Origin: Fistulifera solaris
Lineage: Eukaryota
Length of the DNA: 64,000 bases
Assembly (NCBI GenBank): GCA_030295235.1
Contig: AP026140.1
Span: 496,001 to 560,000, forward strand
Direction of reading: 5' to 3'
Shown here: piece by piece, positions 35,253 through 47,800 of the stretch
Numbering within the stretch: the first letter of the stretch is position 1
Layout of the letters: each line of letters opens with the position of its first letter
The notes under the pieces: generated by a model
The model's input: the letters and a program-made list of their open reading frames with translations, nothing else
The model's database searches: none
What the model was told of the DNA's origin: nothing
Program-made: the position numbers and the translations under genes

Positions 35253-36244
35253 ATGACGATGCAAGAATCCTTTTTCTCGATGGATGGCAACAATGGCAAC
35301 GGTTTCGTTGGTTTCGATCGTATGAACAACCAGAATAATTCATTTCGGCCTCCGTCAAGTCAGGCCGGACCGCCGCTGGACGCCAATGCGATCGCTTCCA
35401 TGCTCCAGCAACAACAACTGCAAATGCAAATGAACAATTCCCAGTCACAAATGATGCCGACACAGGGGAATCAAAGTGAGCAGCAATCGAGTTTAAACAT
35501 TTCGAACGAAATCAAACGTTTACAGCAATTACATCAGATGAACTCGACCGGTGTTGCTGGAAATGCTCTGCTGATGCAGGGAAGTCAACGCAATACCAAC
35601 GATGCGTCGTTGTTGCAGTCCATGTTCGAACAGAAAACGCCAAACCCTCGTTTCGACACGTCTTTATCGCAAGGTATGGTCAATGGGGGTGTCAATCAGA
35701 TGCTGCAGCCTGGTTTCTTTCAAGATTCTCGTCTTTTCATGAACCCGATGAGCCAATCGAACGGTATGAATTCGAACTTTTGCCGCAGTCCGACAATTCG
35801 CACGCACTCTTTCATCGCGATGCCAATCGCCGCATGCGCGGCGGTGTCATTGAGCCATTTCCGGAGAAATTACACCGCTTACTGCGGGAAGTGGAAGCGG
35901 CCGGTCGATCCGATGTGATTTCGTTCATTGCCGGTGGCCGCGCGTTTGCCATTCACAACTCCGATAGCTTCTTCAAGGATATTGTGCCGCTCTATTTTCG
36001 TCAGAGTCGATTGAGCTCCTTCAAACGGCAGCTCAATTTGTACGGATTCGAATTGATCAATGCCGGTCCGGCTCGCGGCGGTTATTTTCATGAACTGTTT
36101 GTCAAGGATCGTCCGGAACTGTGCCGGCGGATGAGACGAGTGGCGGTTAAGGTTTCATCGAAACAAGATCGGGGAGATGATTCGGAGAATTCTCCCGAGG
36201 AGGCTCATCGCCGCAGCAAAGATGATGGCGAACCTTTGATGTAA
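35253..36244 (+). CDS. Heat-shock-factor-type transcription factor (Q/N-rich N-terminus, C-terminal HSF DNA-binding domain)
   Basis: PFPEKLHRLL, GRAFAIH, YFRQSRLSSFKRQLNLYGF, YFHELF. One-base break in the T4 run at about 35778-35781. Confidence 0.9.
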
Positions 36245-36613
36245 TCACTATGTGCTTGAATCTCCGTAATTAACTACTTGTTTGTGTATTATAAATGTTT
36301 TCTGTAATCGAAAATTGCATCTGTAATGACTTTCCTTGATCCGTCTCGAGGCAACTACTTTTGCCGGAATGATTATTTGAAAACATTAGTCCGTATTGGA
36401 CTCTCTAGTATAGTGTTTAGTCTGCTCCGGGTGATAAATAAAAGCGTCATAGCTGGATGCCCACTCGTGACTAAAACTCGTGACACGCAATGAGCAAGAA
36501 CAACGACAAAACGAAAAAATGATGCGAGGAGTCGTCTTCGATATAACCACTTCTATGAAACAAGCAATGCATTTATGCATTCATCCATCCATCCATTCAT
36601 TAATAATAAACAA

Positions 36614-37621
36614 ATGCCGACATTCCAATCCATTCGCTTTCATCCGCAATTACGTCTCGTATCGGGCGACAATCACGTCCTAGAAACACCGCAAGCGTTG
36701 TTGTCGCGGCATCCCGCGCAGTTGCAATTGCGTCAACCCGACGGTACTTTACAAGACGTCGCGTGGCCCGTGATACAAAAATTGCGGTACGATGTTGCAC
36801 AGGCGCTCCTCGAGCAGTCTGCAACCGGACAGAAGGTCCGCGACATTGACGAACGCATCCAAGGAACCGATGACAATGACAAGATTCGCTTTCCCGGCAC
36901 GGTGTCGCTGCACCAATTACTCCAATACGAGGCCTCGATACGACCACCGCATCCTCTCACGACGGGATGTCCTACGTCGGATACTTGGTTGGATTGGGGT
37001 CTCGTCGTACAAATTGCGGGTCCATCGGCGGCGGGGAAAACGCAACTGATGTTACAAGTCTTGGCCCAAAATGGAGGTCACTATTGGTCCAGTGATCCGG
37101 CCTTACGATCTATCGCAAAACGATGGCACGAGTTCGGTTCCTCCCGTGAAGTGTCCTTTTTCTACATCCAAAATGAATACGATTTGTTGCGACAATTACA
37201 AGAAATCACGTACGACAATGCCCCACCCATCCTCGTCATCGACTCCTTTTCGACATGTTTGACGAATGTCGAATATTCCGATACTCCGATACGGCAACAC
37301 ATCACCCATGCGGTGCGATCGGTCGCGCAACAGTACCAAATCACAATATTTCTGGTCCACGGGACCGTCGGGGCGGCCAAACATGAGTCTTCGTCCATGG
37401 TCGACGATGATGAAAACGACCTTCCGAGCGTCCCTCGTTCTTCTTCGGCATACAAACCGGCCCTTTCGTGGTGGAAGGTCGACGATATTCGGATCTGGAT
37501 GGAGGCAGGTACCGTTCGATTGGATCGACATCCCACGCGAGCGCCGCAGTATGACACGTTTCCGGTGCGGATCGATAGTGCCGGAGTGACGGAGTTAGGA
37601 ACGAACGATCGTGCCATGTGA
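36614..37621 (+). CDS. RAD51 paralogue (RAD51D-like, divergent)
   Basis: Walker A GPSAAGKTQL, Walker B ILVIDS, LTTGC...D.WL, and KPAL.W as in RAD51D. Confidence 0.72.
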   Translation: MPTFQSIRFHPQLRLVSGDNHVLETPQALLSRHPAQLQLRQPDGTLQDVAWPVIQKLRYDVAQALLEQSATGQKVRDIDERIQGTDDNDKIRFPGTVSLHQLLQYEASIRPPHPLTTGCPTSDTWLDWGLVVQIAGPSAAGKTQLMLQVLAQNGGHYWSSDPALRSIAKRWHEFGSSREVSFFYIQNEYDLLRQLQEITYDNAPPILVIDSFSTCLTNVEYSDTPIRQHITHAVRSVAQQYQITIFLVHGTVGAAKHESSSMVDDDENDLPSVPRSSSAYKPALSWWKVDDIRIWMEAGTVRLDRHPTRAPQYDTFPVRIDSAGVTELGTNDRAM

Positions 37622-37879
37622 GAGGCGGTATTTGAAAACGAAAAAGGCTGTCATAGAAGCACTTTTCTCTCCCGATTCTAATCTTTTTATCATTTTGTAA
37701 ATAAGCTATAATGCTATTCCGATGCACCGTAATCTCTTTTCACCGTCAAAAGCATTACTCCAGTATTCTCTGTTTATTGACAAAGAATAGAGAAAATCAA
37801 CATGATCCACTCCTCCGAGGGCCGTGCTCGACAAGGACCCTCTTCACAATCTTAAAATATACCCACATCTTGTTGACCT

Positions 37880-38200
37880 TTACTTCTTAATCCGCCCAAA
37901 CGGATTCTTCAAATTCAGTTTCTTTTTGTTATCATCCTCTTTCAAACGCGCCATGACACCTTGCATCCGCACATTCGTCGTGTCACTGCCACTCGACACC
38001 GACTGCCGCGCCATTTGTAATTCGGCCAGGCGTTCTTGTCGGTCTTTGGACTTTTCGACCAATTCCTTTTCCCGGGCCCGGGTGCGTTGGTTCAGCTGAA
38101 AGTTGCGTTTCGTCTTTTGCCCTTCGCGGACGGCTTCTTCTCCGGCTCGGTACGTTCCGTATCCCACGGCACCGAGTGCGGCGGCGGCCAATAGAACCAT
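37880..38200 (-). CDS. Hypothetical small protein with N-terminal hydrophobic anchor and coiled coil
   Basis: 106-aa ORF with a good ATG context (ACAAACGATG) and coding-like composition. Confidence 0.6.
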   Translation of the reverse strand: MVLLAAAALGAVGYGTYRAGEEAVREGQKTKRNFQLNQRTRAREKELVEKSKDRQERLAELQMARQSVSSGSDTTNVRMQGVMARLKEDDNKKKLNLKNPFGRIKK

Positions 38201-38274
38201 CGTTTGTTGTTAATTGAAGGGATAGGAAAGAAGAAGAGAGAGAACGTTTATGAAATCAAAACACTAAACCGTCC

Positions 38275-38373
38275 AAAAGTGACTCTTGTTTGCGTTTCGC
38301 AGAATGTCCAGTTTTTCCGAAAACGATGAGCAGCGCCGTGACACGCGCGCCGCGCCGTGCACGAGTCACTTTT
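38275..38373. repeat. 11-bp perfect inverted repeat (AAAAGTGACTC / GAGTCACTTTT) enclosing a GC-rich core
   Basis: Arms at 38275-38285 and 38363-38373. Confidence 0.6.
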
Positions 38374-39632
38374 ACTTAGCAATGAAACAAGTTTCTGGTA
38401 CCGGTACGATGACAGCTGTTTTCTCGTCCGCCGTTAACATGGCTCATTTTCTACGTGAGGCTTTCCCTGTCAGTCGACCGTAAAAATGCTCCAAAACACT
38501 CGTTTCTGAAATGTTTTCCACCTGCGGGACAGAAAAAAGCACGCACATTACCGTGCAAAAAAGATGTTGTAATTGGTAGACCATATCATTTGAAAGCTCA
38601 GTCCTCATGCTACTTCACTTCGTAGAAGTCACAAACACAGCATGACAAGGCAATTTGCGAAGCAGGGTAGATCCATGTTGCCGGCATCGTCAGTTGTGCG
38701 AGCCCTTTAGTGCAACATTCTTTCGACCAAAATGTGCCATCATTGGCACCGTAGTGCCACCCGTTGTCGACTTCCTCGCGAATCAATCATGCTTTTTGAT
38801 TGTTATCGAAAAGGATCATACTTCTGTAGCATCAGAGTAAGATTTGTCAAAGATATGACGAAGTTATCTACTTTCTCGTTGCTCATCGAAGAAAAAATGC
38901 GTTTAAACTGAAAAATCAAACTTAAAACTCTAATTATTTAATAGTTCTACAATTCTGTATAACGTGTCTCTTATGTAAATGAGCAGATAGGCGCAACCGC
39001 AGCAGTGGTTTGCGATCTTTGATTAGAATATTGCATTCTTTCCGACCGACGACGAAAAGGTTGATTTTCCTATGAGCCCAAAGTACCGGTTGATTGTTGC
39101 ATTTTCGCTGATTGCGACCGAAAAATAGCAAGTCTTTTGCTTTTAGTGGCACTGTAAGCTGTCAGCAGTCCCCTACGTCCCTTATTGGAGCAGCGAAACG
39201 TCAGAACGATTCCGCGAGTCTTTCACGACAAATAAAGTGCACGATAAGTTCAATTCAGCCGATGAAATCGCGCCCGCGCATCACCAATCGCATCTGCTTT
39301 AATATTAGAAGATTCAAACGTCGTACTTTTTATGAATGAAGGTAAAGAAAGACACGAAATTGTGCTGCGTAGCACTTTTGTGATGCTCATCGTCAACGAC
39401 GAAAAAAATTGCGAGGAAAAAAGCATGCTCAAACCTTTCTACTTATTTTATTATAGTAAAAGTCACGTAGTAGGAAAATAGCGTAGAAAAATGCGTATGT
39501 AGAAATTTCCCCCCTTTTGTACGAAGGCTGAGCCATGCGTATAGTTATTGTTTCTTATTGAGAAAGAAGAAACACGCAAACAAAATAGACCTACAACGTG
39601 CAATAAACAAAAGAAAGCGAGGTAACGAATGA

Positions 39633-40289
39633 ATGATACCCCGGAGTAACAGGGACCATCCTGCGCCCATGCTCAGAATGATGTGTTTAACGGATTTCGA
39701 GCACGGCGCTCAAACATTATGTCAAGTATTACAAGAAGAAAGCGGAGGTGGTGCGTTACTGCAGTGGTCGATCGAGCCATCGTCGGTCGATGAAAGCATC
39801 TATTTGCAACATCCACCGGTATATTCTTCGCAGAAAGCGGATGCGACAATACACGACTCTGCAGCAATGGAAGAATCGCTCGTCGAAGATCCGGATGTGA
39901 TTTACGAACATTTACCCGATTGGGAATGGAGATTTACCATAGTCTACAGTGAAACATGGAATGTTCCGGTGCTCTATTTTCAAGTCTTTCAAAACAAGAT
40001 GCTTTGTTCACGAGATCATGTTTTGACAGTCCTGAAAGAAAATGTACATGATACGTGGGAATTTGTATCGTATGAAGAACATCCCGCCACCGGAGTTCCT
40101 TCGTTGTTTTTGCATCCGTGTCGAACGCAAGAACGAATGAAGTGCTTATTCAACGAAAGCGACTCTTCTCCCGCAAAACAGCTCTGGAGCTGGATGTCTT
40201 TGATTCTACCCACGGTCGGCTTTTCTATACCGTCTCCCATCTATCAACGCGTATGGCAGAGGTTACAACAACAAGTAGAATTTGCGTGA
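39633..40289 (+). CDS. ATG10: Autophagy E2-like conjugating enzyme ATG10
   Basis: IVYSETWNVPVLYF, SYEEHP..G.P..FLHPC.T (catalytic Cys), WMSLI.P.VG. Confidence 0.88.
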   Translation: MIPRSNRDHPAPMLRMMCLTDFEHGAQTLCQVLQEESGGGALLQWSIEPSSVDESIYLQHPPVYSSQKADATIHDSAAMEESLVEDPDVIYEHLPDWEWRFTIVYSETWNVPVLYFQVFQNKMLCSRDHVLTVLKENVHDTWEFVSYEEHPATGVPSLFLHPCRTQERMKCLFNESDSSPAKQLWSWMSLILPTVGFSIPSPIYQRVWQRLQQQVEFA

Positions 40290-41809
40290 CGAGTGATTCG
40301 CCTATTCTTTTGCAGTTGCAACTCTTCCGGTAACTCTTGCTCATCCAGCCAGTTGCCGAATTCTTCGAGTCTCTGTTCCGTCTCGACTTGTTCTTTCTCT
40401 TCATCACGCACCGTAAAATCCGTCACTCCATCCCAATACATGGCTTCGACGCGACGTCCGTTCCAAAGCTTCCCGTCCCAGTCCTTCACCACGGCGCTCG
40501 CGGCCGACGGTTGCGTAAATTTCACAACGACCACGGCACGTTGCGAAAACACGGTAATTTTCTCCACCACACCCAACACTTCGAGTTCCGCTCGTAAGGA
40601 ACGTTCCAATTCCGCAAAGAAAACATCTTCTTGTACTTCATCCTTCCACACGTTCGGTTCAAACAAATGCTTCAATACAATAATCCGCAGACCCTTCCGT
40701 CCACCCACCAGTCGACTATTCGAATCATCCCAATCCCGGGCTTGCAAGGCCGCCAATTTGGCCACTTTGCGTTGCGCATTTGAAATGCGATTCCGGCTGT
40801 GGAGTTCTCCCTTTGTTCAAATTGCGCGGGTTGCACTTTCATGCGGTGACCGGGACTGTACTCGGTTTCGTCCAGTAACGTCAGGGCCAGGGCGACCGAC
40901 TCGGGACGGGCGTAACACAAACTCGCGTCACCCTTGCACTGTCCGGCGAAGGGGTGATCTTCTTTGTGGCGATACACTTTGATTTTGGGGCGTTGCGTCG
41001 TCGGATCGAGATCCAAGATACCGGCTTTGACAAAGATTTGTGCCAACTGTTCTTCGGTGGTATCAAGGGGAAGTCCAGTAATGTAGATCCAACACCGAGC
41101 ATTGCGGGCGGCGAATTGGGCCTTTTTCTGTTTTTTTCTTTTTCGGTTGTGTAGTCGCTTCTACTTCTTCAGCGCATTGTTCTTCCTTTTCTTTTCGTGT
41201 CGGCATCAATGCTTCATGAATCCATTTTCCCGTTCGATAATCTTTCACATAACGAGTACCGTGATCGCTTTCGTACGACGCATCGTCGTCTTGATTCGTG
41301 GACGATCCCATTCGCTCTGTCGGCGAAAGAAATGCTTCCAGCTCCTTTTGTGCTTCGGTAGGAGGATCGACTGGATGCATTCGTTCTGGATAAAAGACTT
41401 CCAATGCCATTTGTAGTTCCGCATCGCCTTGAATGCATTTCCATGTGTTGGTGAGTTGCGAGTAGACACGGGTCGTGGGCACTATTACCGATGCTTCTTG
41501 ATAAAACAATTCCGCGAGCTGTGCACACGAAATGGGTCCCTGGGTCGTGCTGGAAGATGATTCGTAATACCATGGCTCGACGATGCATCGTACAATCGAC
41601 ACGGATCGTGCGATTCGCCACTCGGAAGCATACGTTTGATCTGGTAATACTTGCAGTAATTGCGTTTCCGGTGTCAAAACGGTCTTGCTCAATAGTAAAC
41701 AAATTTGTCGGGTCGTGAGAGGATGTTGCGAGGGTTGCCCGGTCGTCGGATTTTGGTAGAGCCAATGCGTGTCTAAGTTAACCTCGTTATCTCTTTCTCT
41801 GCGTTCCAT
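40244..41809 (-). CDS. HTATSF1: HTATSF1/Cus2-like splicing factor (GYF-like N-terminus, RRM plus UHM)
   Basis: WIYITGLP, GI..DP.T.RPKIKVY, KGDASLCY.RPESV.LAL, IIVLKHLF, ERLEEFGNWL. At least two frame breaks; the true stop may lie near 40301. Confidence 0.85.
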
Positions 41810-42233
41810 TTTCTCCAAAGACTGTATGTGAATTGATAAATTTTATTTCTTAGTTGATAAGATCAATACAATGTTCCATGTTATCCGTATTTAGTTGATA
41901 TTGTTACACTCATTCGCCGTATTTCGTTTTTGTTTTGTGGTTGTTCTACCAGGTATTTTTTTCGAAACGACCCGGAGATCAATTTTCGCGTCGCACCGAC
42001 GTTCCAGAAAATCAGGAAACTGGGTTTATTAGACTAATCCGACACATATAATCTGTAAATATTAATTCCAGAAAATCTGGAGACGTTGGTTTTTCAATCA
42101 TACAGGAAATCTGTGTAAGTCTAAGCCTGTCTGTATATTTTCCAGAATTTCTGGAAGTGGTGTTATAAACGGCCAACATCGCGTTCGTTATACCCTTCCA
42201 TTCCATTCTTCCTATTATTTTAAAAATACTACA

Positions 42234-42692
42234 ATGACAGAAGCACGCAATAAACCTCCTCCCAAAATTGATGGCATGGTACATCTCGCCAACAATCGAC
42301 CTTCGTTTACGGACGAAGAACGACAACGCATGCTGCAATCGGTCGAAGGACAATGGTTGGCCCGGGCCATGAAACGGTGTGAAGGACACGAACGGGCGAT
42401 TCGAGAAGCACGTGCGGAATGGCTAAAACAGCGAGACAATTCACAAAAGCGCACGCAGCTCGAAGAGGAACGTCACAAATATATTGAATGTTTGACCTAT
42501 GTCACGTGTCCGGAAGGTTGGCGACAGTATTCGCAATGTTGGAGTCAATCGTTAACTTATCCTTCGACACTGCCACCCGAAGCTGTGTGTCAGTACGAAC
42601 GACTATCGTTGGAATTGTGTGTGGGAAATGTGGTGTCCGGTGCGGTGCGAGCGGCCGTGCCTGCAGGAAATGACGAAGAAATGGTTCTGTGA
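42234..42692 (+). CDS. Twin-CX9C (CHCH-like) protein, putatively in the mitochondrial intermembrane space
   Basis: C-PEGWRQYSQ-C and C-QYERLSLEL-C, each with exactly 9 residues between the cysteines. Confidence 0.6.
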   Translation: MTEARNKPPPKIDGMVHLANNRPSFTDEERQRMLQSVEGQWLARAMKRCEGHERAIREARAEWLKQRDNSQKRTQLEEERHKYIECLTYVTCPEGWRQYSQCWSQSLTYPSTLPPEAVCQYERLSLELCVGNVVSGAVRAAVPAGNDEEMVL

Positions 42693-42750
42693 TACTTGAC
42701 GTATCGTTGAATTGCCTCTATTTTGAACTTAAATAATGTGCAATGTATCA

Positions 42751-43811
42751 TTAGTTCATGCTACTAGACAAACTCAATCCCGACTTTTCTAAATCTTTCT
42801 GGCATACTTCCGCCAATCGCGGCTCGATCACCAGTGCCTCCTCGGGGGACAGCAATTCAAAGCGATTCTCGACGTCGTCTTGAATGTAGCGACCCACAAT
42901 CACATAAGGTCTCAGAAGTTGCACCAATGTGTACGATTTACCGCCCGGTATTATGTATCCCACCAGTTTCAACGTTTCTTCACCCTCGACCTTTCCAAAT
43001 TTTTCCAATTCCTTGAATTGCTCGTCGGGATCTTCGTCCAACATCGATTTCATCAACTCTTCCAAACCTTCTTCATCATTCTTATTCAATCCCGGGATAT
43101 CAAAAAGTGCCATCATTTCATCATCGACATCCTCGTCATCTCCATTCATTGTCTTTTGAAATTCCTCTTCGCCCAATTCCTCCCTCATGACCTTCAAAAA
43201 ATACTCGACCGTATCTTGTTCATCGTCGCGTTCCAGAAGTTCCTTGGCAGTAAACGGCCGCGGCAATATTTGATTCTCCCAATTCCTTGTATAATTGTTC
43301 AAAGGCCCATCGACGGTCAACACCCGTGGCGTCCGTTTGAGTTGCAAGTCTTTGCCCAAATGCTCGTGCAATTGCGCTGCCATGAGTTGCATCAATTCTT
43401 CATTTTCGTCATCGTCCGGTGACAGAAATTGGGCCGCGCTGTCCTGGCTTTCAATGACGACCGCCACGGAGGGATCAAGGGCACACCGATGCCGTACGTG
43501 ACACCATCGAGTTCGGCCATGAAGGCGAGTTTGACGTCAATGTAATTTTCGTTTTCAAAGAAAGGTATGCGGGCATTCATAATTTCGGGATCGGCTTCGA
43601 GTGAAAGATCCATCAGTGACTTGTATTGTTCTCGCCAAGAATCGACTGGTTCTTCATCAATTTCTTCTTCTTTTTGAGTTTCTTGGACGCGTTCAAATTC
43701 GGCGTCGACATATTTCGTCATCCTGTTCGGCGTCGAAACAAACGGTAGAGTTGGCTGTATCCATGCTCGACAGGATACTACGACAAGAAGTAATATACAA
43801 GTGCTTAGCAT
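42751..43811 (-). CDS. Plastid-targeted DUF3727-like protein
   Basis: Signal peptide followed by CRA-W (ASAF-type bipartite presequence); LQLKRTPRVLTVDG, YTLVQLL.PYVIVGR, LLSPEE..IEP. Frame break near 43478. Confidence 0.68.
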
Positions 43812-44145
43812 GTTGCAAAATATGTTTATCTAATCATAAACGGAAAGTATGAAGTCAAAAATTGGAATGCTGAGTTTTTTCTTCTTATTGCGAAAGAAAA
43901 GTATGCGGTTATTGCACTTTTTTCGATGGTCCGACGTCCGACGCGGTCCGACATTTTGTTTGTGCGGATCGTATTGACGAACAGACGTCTCGGGACTCGC
44001 GCAACTCAACACGCAACAGGCCAATAAGAAAACCAAGGCAGTCACGCGGTCATTTTCGAGTACTAAGTCTTCGTAAAAACTTTATTTACGTCTCATTATT
44101 TCATAATCTATCCATAACCAGCCATTAGAATCACTATTTAATGAA

Positions 44146-45773
44146 TTACATATCCACGTGTTCATGCCATTCTTGAACAAGTTCATGATCTTTCGTGTTG
44201 TCTTCCATTCCTTGCCACTTGAGTAGTTGCTGTCCTTCCGCTTTTCGTTTTATTCGGTACAGGACAGCCGCCATGACGAGGCACAGCCCGAAAAAGCCGG
44301 TGGCGGAAACTTTGTGTCCATAGAGTATGCACGAGAGAGCGATACTGAGGAGAATGCGCGTCGTCATGATGAGTGTGAACACGACGGCCCCAAAGTTTTT
44401 GATCGTGTAATAGATAAACAGCTGTCCGATGGTGGAGCAAATGGAAAATAGTAGGAAATGAACATGAATCTCGGAATGATCCCGCACAAATTTCAAGGCT
44501 GGATACAATTCCTTCGTGTGAATCAACGTCACCAGCGACAAGACGGTCGAAAACGCGGATGTCGCAAACATGAGTTCTACCATACTCAAATCGCGATGTC
44601 GTTGAAACATTCGACTTTGAAACTGGCTGGTGAAGCTATCAAAGAACAGAAACAGGAAGAGGAGCATAATACCCGTCCAGGTGGTGTTTGTTTCGTATCC
44701 GAAACTGTTGGTACCGAATTGAAGATCATCCGTGGACGTCATGAACATGGTTATACCGACTCCGATCATCAGTGCTACGAGATAATCATACTGAGGATCT
44801 GTAAATGACAAATAGTATTAGTTCCGAAACGGCGAAGGTTGACGTTTTCTTTTTTTCAATCAACTTACAAGACTTGTTCCCCAAAATCTTCCCCATGGCC
44901 ATGACCGGCGCCAATTTGAATGATTTGAACAAAGTTGTCGCCGGAAAGGATACGTAATGCAACGACTCGTATTGACACCAACTGCTCAACATGTTGGAAA
45001 TCGCGGGAAACGAATACTCGTAAATGACCGTCGTCCGACTGCTCCGTGGTTTCAAATACAACATGAGCATCCCCGACATGACCAACGTCCAAAAACGGTT
45101 GGTAAAGACGAGGGCGTACGAGTACGTAAAGTATTCTCCAACATAACGCGGATAACGTCGCGTGAGCATGCGTTCCTGTTCCGAGAAAGATACGGGAGTG
45201 AGTGACCAAAGCAAAAAGACAACTCTTTCCTCAATGTATGAAAGTACTCACTTGAATCAAACCCCACAAAACAAAAGTCGCATTGAGCATGAGAGAACAA
45301 AAGACCAATCGACGGAGTACTTGCATTTTCGATAAACTTTCGTTCGGTTCCATGAAATCGTAAACACGACGATCCCGTTCGGAATCACTCTGCAACAATT
45401 CCTTCTCATCTTCTGTCTCATCGTCCGAAAAGTTGTTTTCACTTTCTTGTGTCGCGACGCGGTATTTGAAACTGCGGGGCGTCAATGCGGACGTATCGCG
45501 TTCCAGCCATTCGGGGAAATAGATTTTCGCCACTAATATGGTGATAATGACCAAGGCCACGTACAGCAAAAAATTGGTGGCCAGTAAATACAGTTCCGCT
45601 TCGGCGGTTTTCGACATGAGCGGCGCTCGAACATCTTCCTGCTGTAGAGACGAATAAATGGTCGAAGTGACATCGCCGTTTTGCGTCGGATCGTCATCGT
45701 CATTCCAAACTTGATCGAGTTTTCGCAAAATGTGACGCGGATTGGTTTGTGTGGCGAGTGTTATAAAATCCAT
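44146..45773 (-). CDS. SLC35B2: UAA-family nucleotide-sugar/PAPS transporter (SLC35B2/PAPST1-like)
   Basis: WGLIQ|ERMLT, LVFTNR, SNMLSSWCQYESL.YVSFP, DSFTSQFQ, GQLFIYYTIKNFGAVVFTLIMTTR; two introns. Confidence 0.85.
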
Positions 45774-46114
45774 TCTTTTTTCTTATTTGCAATTGATTAA
45801 TGTAGAATGAATAATGTTGTGTTGCAACTTCTTGCAACGCAATAGTCTAATAATTTGTCATTGCGAACAAAAACACGCGAGCGAGAGCTCGCAACAAGGA
45901 TGACGGATGGACGCTACAAGCATTTCACCGTCGCCGCGACGCACCGGTATTGACATTTCTCTCTTCGATCATTTTTTTTGCGACAAAAATAACATCGACC
46001 ATGGACGACGCGACGCGCCGCCAATAAAGCGCGACAATTATACAGCATTTGCATCCAACCAAACACTCGACCACAGAAGAACAATACTACTTTGATTCCA
46101 TAAAATACAACAAA

Positions 46115-47370
46115 ATGGACTTATCGAAACTCTCAAATGACGGAAAACCCAATTTACTGACCCTCCCCCGCGCCGACTTGCAAGGGAACACGGCTTCATC
46201 GTTTCGCATGATGCAACTGCCCATCGGATGGAAAGCTGAAGATCTTGCCGATTCGCAATTCATTTCGAAACCGCAACAACAAGTGGCTCTCGTTTCCGAA
46301 GCGAAAGAAATGAGTTTTCTGGTATCGAATGTCCAGTCATCCAATTGTTTTGTCTTAATACCTCCGCCTGACGAAACCGACGAGGAGCCTGTCGCGAAAA
46401 AAAGCCAAATCGTCTTCCTTACGAACGATTCCGACGCGTTTATTAAAACCGGGTGGATCCGGAGCCACTTTTCTGGAATTGCGCGTCAAAGTACTCAAAG
46501 TCACTGATTTGCAATCCGCACTCGCTCACGCGATCTTGGATCGGGACGAAGAGAATCACGCTTCACCGATGACCATCGATGCATTGGCAAAAGAATTGCA
46601 ACACAGTAAGATGGAAATTCGAAAGGGTTTGTTGGCCATGGAACGGGCCTTTGTCACTTCAAACGAGAGCGTCTACTTATTGTCGGAAGAAATTCAAATG
46701 ATTGTCCAACACGCCATTGTTTCGACCTTGGCGGAAGATTGTGAGGATTATGCGGGTCGTGGGGTTCACGTGGAAAGCTGTGTCCAGGCGATTGTGGAAC
46801 GAATGAGTCCCGAAGAACGATTTCGTCACGACCAGGATGTGATTCATTACTGTTTACGGCGTCTCGCGCACCCAAAGAGTGATGCGAACGCCGAAATCAT
46901 TCAGTTGGATGTTCCCAAGGTAAGTTGTTTCTAGTTGGGTGGCGAATGTCAGTGTTTTTCTCAACCATTCTTTGCAGGTCGCGCAATGGGTCGCCCGTCA
47001 TTTGTTTTCGTTGCAATCGACTCCCTGGGACGAATCGCTCTTTTTGACACGGTGGCAATCCCAAACCCCGGGGGTCGGTGACGCGTATCGCGTGTCGTTC
47101 GACATGCTCCGGGGACTCGCGGTGCACCGCGGTACGCTCTGGAAGTATTTACCGGCCGATCAAATCATGACGACCGGTGGTTCCGTCGAAGATGCCTTTA
47201 CGTTATTGTTTGAATGGAAAGACTGTTGGGAATTGGACGAATTGCAACCGTATTTGGATGCCATGGTTGACGCTACGGCCATATCGCAAGGCGATCTAGT
47301 GTTGCAGTATTTAAAAGTGACGACCGAAACGATCAACGGTAGTTCGTTGAAGATGTGCCGAAAGCGATGA
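46115..47370 (+). CDS. DCC1: Sister chromatid cohesion protein DCC1
   Basis: ALVSE...F.V.NVQSSN..VLIP, FL.RWQS.TP, F..LF..K..W.LDELQPYL. Intron 46920-46977; frame break in the A7 run near 46397. Confidence 0.82.
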
Positions 47371-47800
47371 CTTTTTGATACTCTTACATCGAGTTTACGG
47401 TTCTACGAGATCATAGTCTATTGTGAAGGTGAACATTGGCTAGACGTGACTAGACTAGACTAATATTATTCGTTATATTTGTTTGTTCTCATGTTACCTA
47501 GTTTCTGCTTTCTACAGCTCTGAATCAGAAAGTACTTCGTTCACTTTGTTTTCAACAATAACAACGGATACCGGATGATCCTATAACGTTAATATCTACA
47601 TAGATTGGTGTTTCCGTTGTAGTGTCCGTTGAAAAATAGCTCGGACCTGGACATTGGAGACGAGAATAAAAAGCAATGAATAATTTGCACTCGGGTTGCT
47701 GTCGTTTCCATCACTCCCTATTGCTTATTGTCATTAAGCTATTGGTTGCTTTGATCATCGCTCCTACCAATTACACGAGTACAGCGGCACACGTATAGCA

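Noticed and set aside
40244..40289. Convergent coding overlap between ATG10 and HTATSF1
   Set aside because: One extra A in the A4 run would end HTATSF1 as LQLQKE* near 40301. The overlap is probably another homopolymer error.
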